This document shows positions 63,184-64,000 of a stretch of DNA of 64,000 nucleotides, piece after piece (within the stretch, counting starts at the first letter, position 1; every line of letters starts with the position of its first letter). The notes under the pieces were generated by a model. That model ran no database searches, was not told the origin of the DNA, and worked only from the letters and a program-made list of their open reading frames with translations. The translations under genes and the position numbers were made by a program. The DNA comes from Candidatus Pantoea bathycoeliae (GTDB lineage: Bacteria > Pseudomonadota > Gammaproteobacteria > Enterobacterales > Enterobacteriaceae): NCBI GenBank assembly GCA_031332935.1, contig JAUHTP010000006.1, positions 23,771-87,770 of the forward strand, read 5' to 3'.

Positions 63184-63294
63184 CTTTTTACGCCGCCATC
63201 CGCTGACGGCGTTCCCTTGCCTCTCTCCGGCAAAGGGAAAATTCGCTTCAATACTCAGCTTCAAGAGTCTGGACAACCCCGAGCAGGAGACGGG

Positions 63295-63468
63295 ATGGCA
63301 AATAAACTCACTGAGAAACAGAAAAATACGCTCTGGCAGCAGCGACGCATCGCCAGCTATCAGGCCAGCTGTCGGCTGGAAGGTTTTACCCTAGCAGACC
63401 CCACCAGCCGTTACGATCAGGCTGAAGCGCGACTCGACTCGCTGAGGAGACAGTATGGTGCCGAATAG
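63295..63468 (+). CDS. yhfG: Fic antitoxin-like protein YhfG
   Basis: MANKLTEKQKNTLWQQRRIASYQASCRLEG... resembles E. coli YhfG ([29 protein letters not shown]). AGGAGA lies upstream, and the gene overlaps the fic start. Confidence 0.75.
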   Translation: MANKLTEKQKNTLWQQRRIASYQASCRLEGFTLADPTSRYDQAEARLDSLRRQYGAE

Positions 63469-64000
63469 TGCCGTCGCGCGCGATCCTTACCTGTGGCAAA
63501 ACGACGATGTGCTGAAAAATCGTCTGGATATCCATGATGCCGCGCAGCTGCGCAAGGCTGAGCTGGCATTCAGCAGCGCGCGCCTCGCCACGCTGGAGCT
63601 GGGACTGCCATCATTGGCCTGCCTTTCCTGTACCATATTCACCGTACGCTATTCTAGGACATCTATGCCTGGGTAGGTGAGCTACGCACCATTGATATCT
63701 GGCGCGACGACACGCCGTTTTGTCATTTCAAGTACATCGAAAAAGAGGGCAATACGCTGATGGACGCGCTGGAAGAGGAAGAGGGGCTGCGCAACCTGGA
63801 GCAGGAGCAATTTGTGGCACGTATTGCGCATTATTATTGCGTAATCAATATGCTGCATTCGTTCCGCGAAGGTAACGGTCTCGCCCAGCGCATCTTCTTT
63901 GAACAGCTGGCGCTGCACGCTGGTTATTTCCTCGAGTGGCAAAACGTCAAGGCGCAGCCGTGGCGCGAGGCGAACCAGGCCGGGGACAATGGCGACCTTG
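63455..64000 (+). pseudogene. fic: Fic-family adenylyltransferase with a frameshift and an amber codon; 3' end lies outside the window
   Basis: ...RDPYLWQNDDVLKNRLDIHD... runs to ATLELG, followed by a frame change at the G-run at about 63601-63603. An in-frame TAG at 63655-63657 (HRTLF*DIYAW) falls where E. coli Fic has Gln. The Fic motif region HSFREGNGLAQRIFFEQLA is downstream. Confidence 0.8.

Overview
This is an enterobacterial chromosome segment. Its gene order is collinear, in inverted orientation, with the E. coli glgP-glpD/glpEGR-(mal)-nfuA-gntX-bioH-tex-greB-ompR/envZ-pckA-hslOR-yrfG-igaA-nudE-mrcA-hofMNOPQ-aroKB-damX-dam-rpe-gph-trpS-(cysG-nirDB)-tsgA-ppiA-yhfG-fic region. Two things stand out. 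(1) A roughly 25-kb Mu-like transposable prophage lies at about 4810-29840. It has TG...CA terminal inverted repeats, a divergent repressor, ner, the MuA-like and MuB-like transposition genes, an early region, and head, tail and baseplate genes. Its right end carries an AT-rich cargo module (second tail fibre, Tfa, GT25 glycosyltransferase, Dam-family methylase). The prophage is defective: it has no lysis, terminase, portal or F block, it carries many frameshifts and stop codons, and it has no target-site duplication. Its right end abuts a 5'-truncated malQ. (2) Chromosomal genes are heavily pseudogenised. About 15 of roughly 40 host genes carry frameshifts, in-frame stops (mostly CAG->TAG) or deletion scars: glpE, malQ, gntX, tex, a GH13 phosphorylase remnant, hslR, hofM/N/O/Q, gph, cysG, nirB, ppiA and fic. 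Housekeeping genes remain intact (glpD, ompR/envZ, pckA, mrcA, aroKB, dam, rpe, trpS and others). This pattern fits a lineage in early reductive evolution, for example a recently host-restricted one. Single-base indels need read-level confirmation. I recognised no rRNA, tRNA or CRISPR array. All homology calls come from my recall of protein families and E. coli orthologues; no searches were run.
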